DNA of 50,270 bases from a virus, in the IMG/VR virus record IMGVR_UViG_3300035130_000222, positions 1-50,270 of that record. One strand, written 5' to 3'. The notes under the pieces were generated by a model. The model was given only the letters and a program-made list of their open reading frames with translations, ran no database searches and had not been told where the DNA came from. How positions within the stretch are numbered: the first letter of the stretch is position 1; the number at the start of each line of letters is the position of its first letter. A program made the position numbers and the translations under genes. This document shows positions 35,510 through 42,433 of this stretch, one piece after another.

Positions 35510-35994
35510 AAAAACTAACACAAGCAGAAATCGACGAAAAATTAAAAAACGATGATAAAGATTGGCGAAAGTTGGATTTAAGTGGTGCTGATTTAAGATG
35601 TGCTAATTTAAGTTGCGCTGATTTAAGAGAGGCTGATTTAAAGGAAGCTGATTTAAAATGGGCTAATTTAAGTTGTGCTAATTTAAGTTGCGCTGTTTTA
35701 AGGGAGGCTTTTTTAAAAGGGGCTAATTTAAGTGGAACTGATTTAAGAGAGGCTGATTTAAGAGAGGCTGATTTATGGGGAGCTAATTTGGAATTCGCAA
35801 ATTTAAGGCGCGCTAATTTAAGAGATGCTGATTTAAGCGGAGCTGATTTAAGCGGGGCTAATTTAAGCGGAGCTGATTTAAGAGAGGCTGATTTAAGATG
35901 TGCTGATTTAAGCGGAGCTGATTTAAGAGAGGCTAATTTAAGCGGAGCTGATTTAAGAGAGGCTGATTTAAGTGGTGCTAATTTAACTGAATAG
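35506..35994 (+). CDS. Pentapeptide-repeat protein 6 (162 aa), lacking the shared C-terminal tail
   Basis: As above. Ends in ANLTE, followed by a normal SD for 36014. Confidence 0.85.
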   Translation: MKKLTQAEIDEKLKNDDKDWRKLDLSGADLRCANLSCADLREADLKEADLKWANLSCANLSCAVLREAFLKGANLSGTDLREADLREADLWGANLEFANLRRANLRDADLSGADLSGANLSGADLREADLRCADLSGADLREANLSGADLREADLSGANLTE

Positions 35995-36013
35995 TAAAAG
36001 AGGAGTACAAAGC

Positions 36014-36220
36014 ATGAGTAAAACAAAAGTTGATAATGTTTACATATTGACATCTGATGGAATCACAGTAGAAAAATTTCACATCAGAGATTTAGAAAAA
36101 GCAAAACAAAAAGCTGAATATTTAACAAAGATCCATGATGATGGATATAAATATACAATTAAAATAATTAATGAGTATGTTGATGATCGCGGATTTGGTT
36201 ATAAACGCTTAGCTAAATAA
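36014..36220 (+). CDS. Hypothetical small protein
   Basis: SD AGAGGAG. Same operon as the pentapeptide array. Confidence 0.55.
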   Translation: MSKTKVDNVYILTSDGITVEKFHIRDLEKAKQKAEYLTKIHDDGYKYTIKIINEYVDDRGFGYKRLAK

Positions 36221-36234
36221 AGGAGTGAAAAAAG

Positions 36235-36477
36235 ATGATAAATGAAATAATTATTGATGCGCAACAAATAGCTGATGATTTTATTTTATTGTTAGATAAA
36301 AAACAAAAAGTAGATCTAATGAAAGGAATATTACCTGCTGCTAGATTGCACGGATATTTAAAAGCAATTAAAAGAAGATGTGGGTTAGAAAATTTATGTA
36401 AACAGGCACAAGATATTTTTGAAAAAGATATTATTGTTGCAATTTTAAATGAGGGAAATTTTTATGAATGCAATTAA
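36235..36477 (+). CDS. Hypothetical small protein; a disrupted paralogue lies at 39455-39704
   Basis: SD AAGGAG. Similar to the second copy (IIIDAQQIADDFILLLDKKQKVDLMKG vs IIMDATQIAQNFIQLLDKNQKIELMRG). Confidence 0.55.
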   Translation: MINEIIIDAQQIADDFILLLDKKQKVDLMKGILPAARLHGYLKAIKRRCGLENLCKQAQDIFEKDIIVAILNEGNFYECN

Positions 36478-36565
36478 AATTAAAAATAACGAAAAACAAA
36501 ATAAAATATCTTTGTCTATTGAAGAAAAAGATAAAAAACTTATTAATGTAGAATGTGATTTTTAA
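36464..36565 (+). CDS. Possible 33-aa ORF
   Basis: ATG preceded by GAGGGA at good spacing. Otherwise unsupported. Confidence 0.25.
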   Translation: MNAIKIKNNEKQNKISLSIEEKDKKLINVECDF

Positions 36566-36593
36566 ATTAACTTAGTTAAGAGAGGTAATAACT

Positions 36594-36950
36594 ATGAATG
36601 ATAATTTTGAACAGTTCGAACGTATAGCATTTAGTCATATAAAAAAAATACATGAGTCGAATGTAAATTTAGATAATATTTTGAAAAAAATTAAGCAATT
36701 AATTGATGAACGCAAACAAATTGATTTTTTTGATGATAATATAGAATCATATTGCGATATATTAAACAATTCGAAAAAAATTTTGTTAATTGTTTTTGGT
36801 AATAATGATTTGTTATTGCAACATTATGCGATCAGAGAATGGGCTATTAGATATATCAGAGAATCTGTAGAAGAAAAAATGACAGAAGAAAAAATTATTA
36901 CTATTACGGATAGAATTATTAAATATTTAGAAAGAACATATGAGTTATGA
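36594..36950 (+). CDS. Hypothetical protein
   Basis: SD AGAGAGG. Operon context. Confidence 0.5.
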   Translation: MNDNFEQFERIAFSHIKKIHESNVNLDNILKKIKQLIDERKQIDFFDDNIESYCDILNNSKKILLIVFGNNDLLLQHYAIREWAIRYIRESVEEKMTEEKIITITDRIIKYLERTYEL

Positions 36951-37147
36951 ATATAAATGATGATATAGAAGAAATGATTAACATAATCAAGTGGAGATTT
37001 GATGCTTATGTTACTGATTATTTTACATCAATAACATGTTTATATAATAAAAATAAAATACCAAAAAAAAGGTACGAGTGGCTGATTAAAAAACGGCCGC
37101 ATGAACTATTTGATGAATTATTTAATAAGTATTATTCTGATAATTAA
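36947..37147 (+). CDS. Hypothetical small protein
   Basis: ATGA overlap with the upstream gene. Confidence 0.5.
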   Translation: MNINDDIEEMINIIKWRFDAYVTDYFTSITCLYNKNKIPKKRYEWLIKKRPHELFDELFNKYYSDN

Positions 37148-37206
37148 TGCTTAATAATTAAACACATAAAAGAACAAAAAAATTTAAAAAATATCGCAAA
37201 AAAGTC

Positions 37207-37285
37207 TTGACAATATCGTCTAAGCTGATATACTGTAATTAAGCTCATAAATAATTATGAGCTGATTAAAAAAGGAGTATAAATT
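37207..37285 (+). promoter_or_regulatory. Early promoter cassette 2: TTGACA - 16 nt - TGaTATACT, the same 22-bp palindrome, SD AAGGAG
   Basis: Read directly. Near-identical to cassette 1 and identical to cassette 3 from ATCGTCTAAG onward. Confidence 0.7.
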
Positions 37286-37531
37286 ATGATTCAAATACCA
37301 TTATGGTTATCATTTTTTATAACAATAATAGGGATTACATCAATTATATGTTGCTGTATAGGGATTATATTTTTGATGCATAGGTGCGCTAAAAATAGTT
37401 TACTTGCAAAAAAGATTGATATGATCACTTTAATCACATCATCTTTTTTAAGTATTGTAATGATCATTATTATAATGATCTGGCTAGCGTTGATTTTATT
37501 ATATGGTCATGCGCTGAATTTTTTAATTTAA
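37286..37531 (+). CDS. Small multi-TM membrane protein
   Basis: Hydrophobic helices throughout. First gene after cassette 2. Confidence 0.6.
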   Translation: MIQIPLWLSFFITIIGITSIICCCIGIIFLMHRCAKNSLLAKKIDMITLITSSFLSIVMIIIIMIWLALILLYGHALNFLI

Positions 37532-37549
37532 CATTTTAAGGTATAAATT

Positions 37550-37795
37550 ATGACGCTTTTTTACGATAACAGTCAAGAGGAATTAACGACACTAGGTAAA
37601 TTTATGACATTTATTACAGCTATATTAATAATAATATTTACTATTAGAATTATTGGCACTTCTTTACAAAATAATGAAGCATATTTACGCTATTTATGGA
37701 TAGATAATTTGCAAAATGAGCATAATCAAGTTATTTATGTGCCCACTGAGACAAATTTGCCGATTTTAGAAGCTAGTAGATTAAATAAACATTGA
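37550..37795 (+). CDS. Small single-TM membrane protein
   Basis: TM segment FMTFITAILIIIFTIRIIG. SD AAGGT. Confidence 0.55.
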   Translation: MTLFYDNSQEELTTLGKFMTFITAILIIIFTIRIIGTSLQNNEAYLRYLWIDNLQNEHNQVIYVPTETNLPILEASRLNKH

Positions 37796-37805
37796 AGGTA
37801 AAAAA

Positions 37806-37946
37806 ATGAAACGACGACAAAATGAAACATATAATGAATATAAAAAAAGAAGAAAAAGAGAACAAGAATATATAATAGAGCATTTGAAAGGTAAGCTGTT
37901 TTATGATTCGTCAAATGACAAACATTATAAAAAAAATAAGAAATAA
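37806..37946 (+). CDS. Possible 46-aa highly basic protein. Not in the ORF track
   Basis: ATG preceded by GAAGGT. Translation: MKRRQNETYNEYKKRRKREQEYIIEHLKGKLFYDSSNDKHYKKNKK. Confidence 0.35.
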   Translation: MKRRQNETYNEYKKRRKREQEYIIEHLKGKLFYDSSNDKHYKKNKK

Positions 37947-37980
37947 TCTTTTTTTAATTAAAAATATGGAGGTTATTATT

Positions 37981-38289
37981 ATGAACATGGGTGTTGAAAT
38001 TAAAGAAAAACGAATTGCAAAAAATATATCAAAGCGCAGATTAGCACAAATTGCAGGAATTAGCAGCACATGGATTGATAAAATAGAAAACGGGTATGAA
38101 CCAAAAAAGCAAAAACATGTTATTTTTGCAAAAATTTTACGTGCATTTGATAAAATTGATGATATGTATTATGAAAAAAGTGCAAGACAAAGATTGATTT
38201 ATGAAGATAAATTAAGCAATAGATTAACTATTATATTAAAAATGATGGATGATAATTATAATAGAGCTAAAATGAGAGATGTATTTTGA
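37981..38289 (+). CDS. XRE-family helix-turn-helix regulator
   Basis: IKEKRIAKNISKRRLAQIAGISSTWIDKIENG is a classic XRE HTH. Start reassigned to the ATG after SD GGAGG. Confidence 0.7.
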   Translation: MNMGVEIKEKRIAKNISKRRLAQIAGISSTWIDKIENGYEPKKQKHVIFAKILRAFDKIDDMYYEKSARQRLIYEDKLSNRLTIILKMMDDNYNRAKMRDVF

Positions 38290-38395
38290 TATGAAAGACA
38301 ATGAAAAATATGATAATTATAATCTTGATCAAAAATTATTGCATGATAAATGAACTATTTTCTGATATGTATGATTAACATAGGTGATAGATGAA

Positions 38396-38626
38396 ATGAA
38401 AATAACGTCTGAAAAAATAAAACAATTGCGACAAAAACTTAAATTAAAACAAAAAGAATTTGCAAATTTGATAGGTATAACGTGGCAATATTTGTCTGCG
38501 CTAGAAAATAATAAAAAAAGCATCTCTCATAGAGTTGCAATTTTTGTACATTTACTTGATACTCTTGATTTAAATGCAGAAACAGCAAGACATTTTTATA
38601 AGAGATCATGCTTACATAAAAAATAG
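38396..38626 (+). CDS. XRE-family helix-turn-helix regulator
   Basis: IKQLRQKLKLKQKEFANLIGITWQYLSALENNKKSIS is a classic XRE HTH. Confidence 0.7.
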   Translation: MKITSEKIKQLRQKLKLKQKEFANLIGITWQYLSALENNKKSISHRVAIFVHLLDTLDLNAETARHFYKRSCLHKK

Positions 38627-38790
38627 ATAATTAAAAATAAATATGAAAATAAATTTTTCTAACAAATATTATTTTAAAAAAAATAAAAGACGTAATAAAA
38701 ATATTTTAAAATATATTGTATGGCTAAATAATCATGATAAGTTAATTCATTTGTGCGATGAGTATTATCTTATGATTGAAAAAAATCAAC

Positions 38791-38861
38791 ATCGTCTAAG
38801 CTGATATACTGTAATTAAGCTCATAAATAATTATGAGCTGATTAAAAAAGGAGTATAAATT
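38791..38861 (+). promoter_or_regulatory. Early promoter cassette 3: extended -10 TGaTATACT, the same palindrome and SD; the -35 is degenerate
   Basis: About 70 nt are identical to cassette 2. The TTGACA is replaced by ATCAAC. Confidence 0.55.
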
Positions 38862-39035
38862 ATGAAGTATATAACACAACATGCAGACAAAGAAACTGCG
38901 CTAGCTGCTGTAAAACAAGATGGGTGGGCACTCCAATTTGCGAGCGGCGAGCTAAAAAATGATAAAGATTTTTTCTTTGATTTAATAAATTTTGTTAAAA
39001 CATATAGCATTGAAAAGGAAATTAAAAATGACTAA
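38862..39035 (+). CDS. Small DUF4116-type repeat protein (57 aa). Not in the ORF track
   Basis: The ATG follows the cassette SD. TQHADKETALAAVKQDGWALQFASGELKNDKDF matches the AVKQ(D/N)G.AL.(Y/F)AS..L..D repeat of DUF4116. Confidence 0.6.
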   Translation: MKYITQHADKETALAAVKQDGWALQFASGELKNDKDFFFDLINFVKTYSIEKEIKND

Positions 39036-39465
39036 ACGACTTACTTTAAAAGATTTTAAACATATTAAAATAGATATTTATGATTTTGATCTCTATATCT
39101 TATTTAATAAAAATTGGAAAAATTTATTTGCTAATTTTCTCGAAGAAAATCATAATTATTATTTAGATATAGATAAATGTGGATATGCACTAACAACTTT
39201 TATTAAGGATATTCATAGAATATATTTAATTTTTAATGAAAATCCAAACGCGAATTCAGTGATACATGAAAGCATTCATGCTGCTCTTTATATTATTTAT
39301 CAACTTGACATTAATCTTGATAAAAATAATCAAGAACCATTCGCATATTTAGCTTCTTTCATTGCAACGAAAATTTGTGAAATTTCTTTTAATATTCATA
39401 ATAATAAATCTTTTTTTACAAAAGTTCTTTCAAACTTAAAAACAGGAGACAAGAATGATGACTAA
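39028..39465 (+). CDS. Putative HExxH metallopeptidase-like protein, paralogue of 29199-29600
   Basis: HESIH ... QEPFAYL. Start moved to the ATG with SD AAGGA that overlaps the upstream stop. The tracked ORF begins at a TTG at 38992. Confidence 0.5.
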   Translation: MTKRLTLKDFKHIKIDIYDFDLYILFNKNWKNLFANFLEENHNYYLDIDKCGYALTTFIKDIHRIYLIFNENPNANSVIHESIHAALYIIYQLDINLDKNNQEPFAYLASFIATKICEISFNIHNNKSFFTKVLSNLKTGDKNDD

Positions 39466-39704
39466 TCATATAATTATGGATGCAACACAAATAGCGCAAA
39501 ATTTTATACAGCTATTAGATAAAAATCAAAAAATTGAATTAATGCGTGGAACTATTCTATGAGGAAAATTCAACGGATATATAAAATTTTTAAAAAGAAA
39601 ATATAGATTTGATAATATGCATAAATATTCTCAAGATTTTTTTGAAAAAGAAATTATTATAGCAATTTTAATAGAGAGTAGTTTTTTAACGGAGGAATTA
39701 AATC
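39455..39704 (+). pseudogene. Disrupted paralogue of 36235-36477 with an in-frame TGA at 39560-39562
   Basis: MMTNHIIMDATQIAQNFIQLLDKNQKIELMRGTIL*GKFNGYIKFLKRKYRFDNMHKYSQDFFEKEIIIAILIESSF aligns with the 80-aa protein across the stop. The 3' limit is approximate. Confidence 0.5.
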
Positions 39705-39980
39705 ATGAAAAAACTAACGCAAGCAGAAATCGAAGAAAAATTGAAAAATGATGACAAAGATTGGCGAATTCTGGATTTAAGCGGTACTGAAACACAACAT
39801 GCAGACAAAGAAATCGCGCTAGCTGCTGTAAAACAAGATGGTTTAATGCTTAGATATGCAAGCGCTGAATTACGAGCAGATAAAGAAGTTGTGCTAGCTG
39901 CTGTAAAACAAAATGGTTTAGCACTTAGATATGCAAGCGATGATTTGCAAAAAATAGTAAAAGATGAGTATAATTTATGA
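39705..39980 (+). CDS. Chimeric protein: the pentapeptide-array leader fused to two DUF4116-type repeats
   Basis: [27 protein letters not shown], then TQHADKEIALAAVKQDGLMLRYASAELRADKEVVLAAVKQNGLALRYASDDL. Confidence 0.75.
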   Translation: MKKLTQAEIEEKLKNDDKDWRILDLSGTETQHADKEIALAAVKQDGLMLRYASAELRADKEVVLAAVKQNGLALRYASDDLQKIVKDEYNL

Positions 39981-40257
39981 ACTATAAACAAGAAGACAAA
40001 GAATTTGCAGAATTATTTGATCATGTGGTAAATTATATCTAGAGTTAACTCTTTTTAGAAGAGAAACATTGATGCAGTTACAATTAAACGAAACAACTAA
40101 AAAAGTGTTAAAAGAAAACAATATATATATTTAAAAATACTAATTATATTTAAACTTTAAAAATCTTTACGTAAAGTTTTTTTACCTAAAGAATCTTTAC
40201 TTAAGCTAAAATTTAAAAGAATATATTATTATGTTTATAATCGAGGGTAAATAAAAC

Positions 40258-40539
40258 ATGCATAGAAAAATAATGAAAAGACGAAAAATTAAAAACTCAG
40301 AAAATTTTAAAAGAAATATCAAAAAAAATAAAAAAGATGAAAAATTTAATATTGATAATTTACATATAGAAAAACAAATATATAATTATTATATAATTTT
40401 TGATAAATTTGGAAAACCACTATGGAAGAAATATTTAATTGAACAAGAAAATAAACAGATTAATAATTTTGATGTGATTAATATAAGCCAACCATCAATT
40501 TTAAAAAATGTAAAAACAATTACATCAAATAATTTATAG
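40258..40539 (+). CDS. Hypothetical basic protein
   Basis: SD-like GAGGGT upstream. No motif recognised. Confidence 0.45.
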   Translation: MHRKIMKRRKIKNSENFKRNIKKNKKDEKFNIDNLHIEKQIYNYYIIFDKFGKPLWKKYLIEQENKQINNFDVINISQPSILKNVKTITSNNL

Positions 40540-40549
40540 AGATAAAAAA

Positions 40550-40729
40550 ATGCAATCAAAATCTGCGAAAGCTTTCATGTGTATGCAAAATTTTAGCAAT
40601 AAATATTGCAAAAATTGTAAATTATTTAATACATCTAAATGTAAAGTTACACCAAAAATTCTTTATTATATATGTTATTTTTCATTAAATAATTTAAAAT
40701 GTATATGTGATAAATTTATAGAAAAATAA
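40550..40729 (+). CDS. Possible 59-aa Cys-rich protein. Not in the ORF track
   Basis: Translation: MQSKSAKAFMCMQNFSNKYCKNCKLFNTSKCKVTPKILYYICYFSLNNLKCICDKFIEK. Several CxxC-like pairs. Confidence 0.35.
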   Translation: MQSKSAKAFMCMQNFSNKYCKNCKLFNTSKCKVTPKILYYICYFSLNNLKCICDKFIEK

Positions 40730-40886
40730 ATTTAATGTCAATAATTTATAATTATTTGTTAATCAGCATGTGCAATTAAAAAATATTCAGTTATCTATTG
40801 CATTTATTGCACTCATATTGTTACTCATGATTATTTTTCAAACCATGCTGTTGCACATATATTAGCACTATCTTTTATTTTCTTAT

Positions 40887-41246
40887 TCATAATATTTTTG
40901 TTATATATTGACAATAAAATTGATCTCGATCATTTTTATCTATGCAAGAACTATCACAATAATACATTATCTCTTTATTATATTTATATCGAAATTTAAA
41001 AATTGTAATAAATATTATATATGTCTTAAAAAATCTTTCATTTAAATTTTCATAACTTGCAATAGGAATTTTGATTTCTTTTTTATATGCAAGATCATTT
41101 TTTAAATTAATAAAACCAACAAAATTATTATAATATTTATCGAAAAGTAAAAACCGCTTTCCGTCAAATAATAAACGTTTATTACTAAATGGAAGTAATG
41201 GCAATACAGAATCAATTATTTTTTTGTTATAAGTTATTGTTTTCAT
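40887..41246 (-). CDS. Hypothetical protein in the leftward island
   Basis: Co-oriented with 41313-41819. No motif recognised. Confidence 0.45.
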   Translation of the reverse strand: MKTITYNKKIIDSVLPLLPFSNKRLLFDGKRFLLFDKYYNNFVGFINLKNDLAYKKEIKIPIASYENLNERFFKTYIIFITIFKFRYKYNKEIMYYCDSSCIDKNDRDQFYCQYITKIL

Positions 41247-41312
41247 ACTTTTATTTTGATATCATTAATTACTCATAATTATTTCTCAAATTTATGCAAC
41301 ATCATCATTTTA

Positions 41313-41819
41313 TTAAGAAATAATTACACCAATAACAATAAAAATAATCATTAATACAACAATAATCGCACAACCTGATCCAATTAAGCCAAATCCTGTT
41401 TTTAACATATTTTTTCTAAATTTTTTAAAGCAACTTTCTTTTTTTTGAACTAAATAAGAATTTTGACAAAGATAACTGTTGAGCAAATAATATACATTTG
41501 TTTTAAAATTATCTATATCTGCTTTTTTTGCTAGATTAAAAATATATAATTCGATTTGTTTATCATTGTTAAAATAATGTACTAAAGATAAACTATCAAA
41601 AGGCTCGTTTTTTGCCAAAAAATATTTAATTCCCGCAAAAATCGCGCGATTTATTTTTGTTGAAAAATGATATATGTCAATCGGTAATACACCATGTTTG
41701 CGTAAATAATTAGTAAATTCATCACGAATTTCAAAAAGCAATGAATTATCTGTTAATAATGATCCGAGAACTGATTGTTCAATATCCACATCCACAATAT
41801 TATAAATAGTCATAGTCAT
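41313..41819 (-). CDS. DnaB-helicase N-terminal-domain-only protein with a C-terminal transmembrane anchor
   Basis: VDIEQSVLGSLLTDN ... FSTKINRAIFAGIKYFLAKNEPFDSLSLVHYF parallels E. coli DnaB IEAEQSVLGGLMLDN ... FYTRPHRHIFTEMARLQESGSPIDLITLAESL. No ATPase motifs. The C-terminus GLIGSGCAIIVVLMIIFIVIGVIIS is a TM helix. Confidence 0.65.
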   Translation of the reverse strand: MTMTIYNIVDVDIEQSVLGSLLTDNSLLFEIRDEFTNYLRKHGVLPIDIYHFSTKINRAIFAGIKYFLAKNEPFDSLSLVHYFNNDKQIELYIFNLAKKADIDNFKTNVYYLLNSYLCQNSYLVQKKESCFKKFRKNMLKTGFGLIGSGCAIIVVLMIIFIVIGVIIS

Positions 41820-41934
41820 GTTTCCTGCATAAATTAAATATTATATTAACAAGAGCCATAACAATAGCCATCGCGATAGTTATAGCTAGAGCAGCAAATG
41901 TCAAGATTTATTTTAACACAAAGACATAAAAATG

Positions 41935-41967
41935 CAAGAAAATCACAAGAAAATCACAAGAAAATCA
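41935..41967. repeat. Three tandem 11-bp repeats CAAGAAAATCA
   Basis: Read directly. Lies in the divergent intergenic region between the leftward island and the packaging operon. Confidence 0.85.
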
Positions 41968-42195
41968 ATTGGGCAATCTTTTTGTGACAATTGTGCTGAC
42001 GCAGCATTTATTAAAAATACGGCGTCGTTACTTTTGATTAAAAAATGGTCAGTTAGCAAATAAAAGTATAATATTATACAGTAAAAAATCAATAAAAATT
42101 TGTTTTATTTTTTTAAAAAATATATTATTCTTATTGTTAAATTTATGACAATAATTATCCTGTTTTATTTTTAAACAACTAAAGCGGGTGATAAC

Positions 42196-42420
42196 ATGAC
42201 AATTGATGCTGTACAAGCTATTGGAAAAAACAGAAAAGAGTTGATTACTTTTATGTCAAATTTTTGGATAAATGCTAAATTAGTTGCTAAATTATTAAAT
42301 CTCAAACCTGACACGATTTATCAAATGAGATTTGGCAGCAGAGAAATTTCGCAAGAACAAATAGATTTTTTAAAAAAAAGCTATAAAGAATATATGTATA
42401 AACAACTTGAAAAGTTATAA
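42196..42420 (+). CDS. Hypothetical small protein (possible HTH), first gene of the packaging operon
   Basis: SD-like AGCGGGTG. The segment LVAKLLNLKPDTIYQMRFG is HTH-like. Confidence 0.45.
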   Translation: MTIDAVQAIGKNRKELITFMSNFWINAKLVAKLLNLKPDTIYQMRFGSREISQEQIDFLKKSYKEYMYKQLEKL

Positions 42421-42433
42421 GGATTTTATTTAA

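Noticed and set aside
31323-35994. Possible CRISPR array, considering the 33-bp repeats, the 15-nt repeat array and the terminal 94-bp repeats.
   Set aside because: All of these are head-to-tail tandem repeats without unique spacers. Two of the three are in-frame coding sequence. No cas genes are present.
34460-36053. Long minus-strand ORFs (34460-34741 and 35487-36053) encoding [10 protein letters not shown]-type repeats opposite the pentapeptide genes.
   Set aside because: They are mirror images of the 15-nt repeat, which lacks stops in several frames. They have no SD or promoter context. The + strand genes do have conserved leaders, SDs and ATGA coupling.
36605-36625. AGTTCGAAC, and similar TTCAAATCC at about 7019, as tRNA T-loop signatures.
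   Set aside because: Both lie inside well-supported coding frames and lack the flanking complementary arms a tRNA needs.
39560-39562. TGA read as a sense codon (genetic code 4 or similar).
   Set aside because: TGA terminates many well-supported genes here, including every ATGA junction of the pentapeptide array. A single in-frame TGA is better explained as a pseudogene or a sequencing error.
39698-39991. Minus-strand 97-aa ORF opposite the leader-DUF4116 gene.
   Set aside because: It is antisense to a well-supported + strand gene with an SD and recognisable domains. Its product is low-complexity with no start context.
40152-40186. AAACTTTA ... TAAAGTTTTTTT hairpin and the CTTTACGTAAAG palindrome as a terminator after 39705-39980.
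   Set aside because: The stem is AT-only and short, so the prediction is weak in this composition. It is not listed as a feature.
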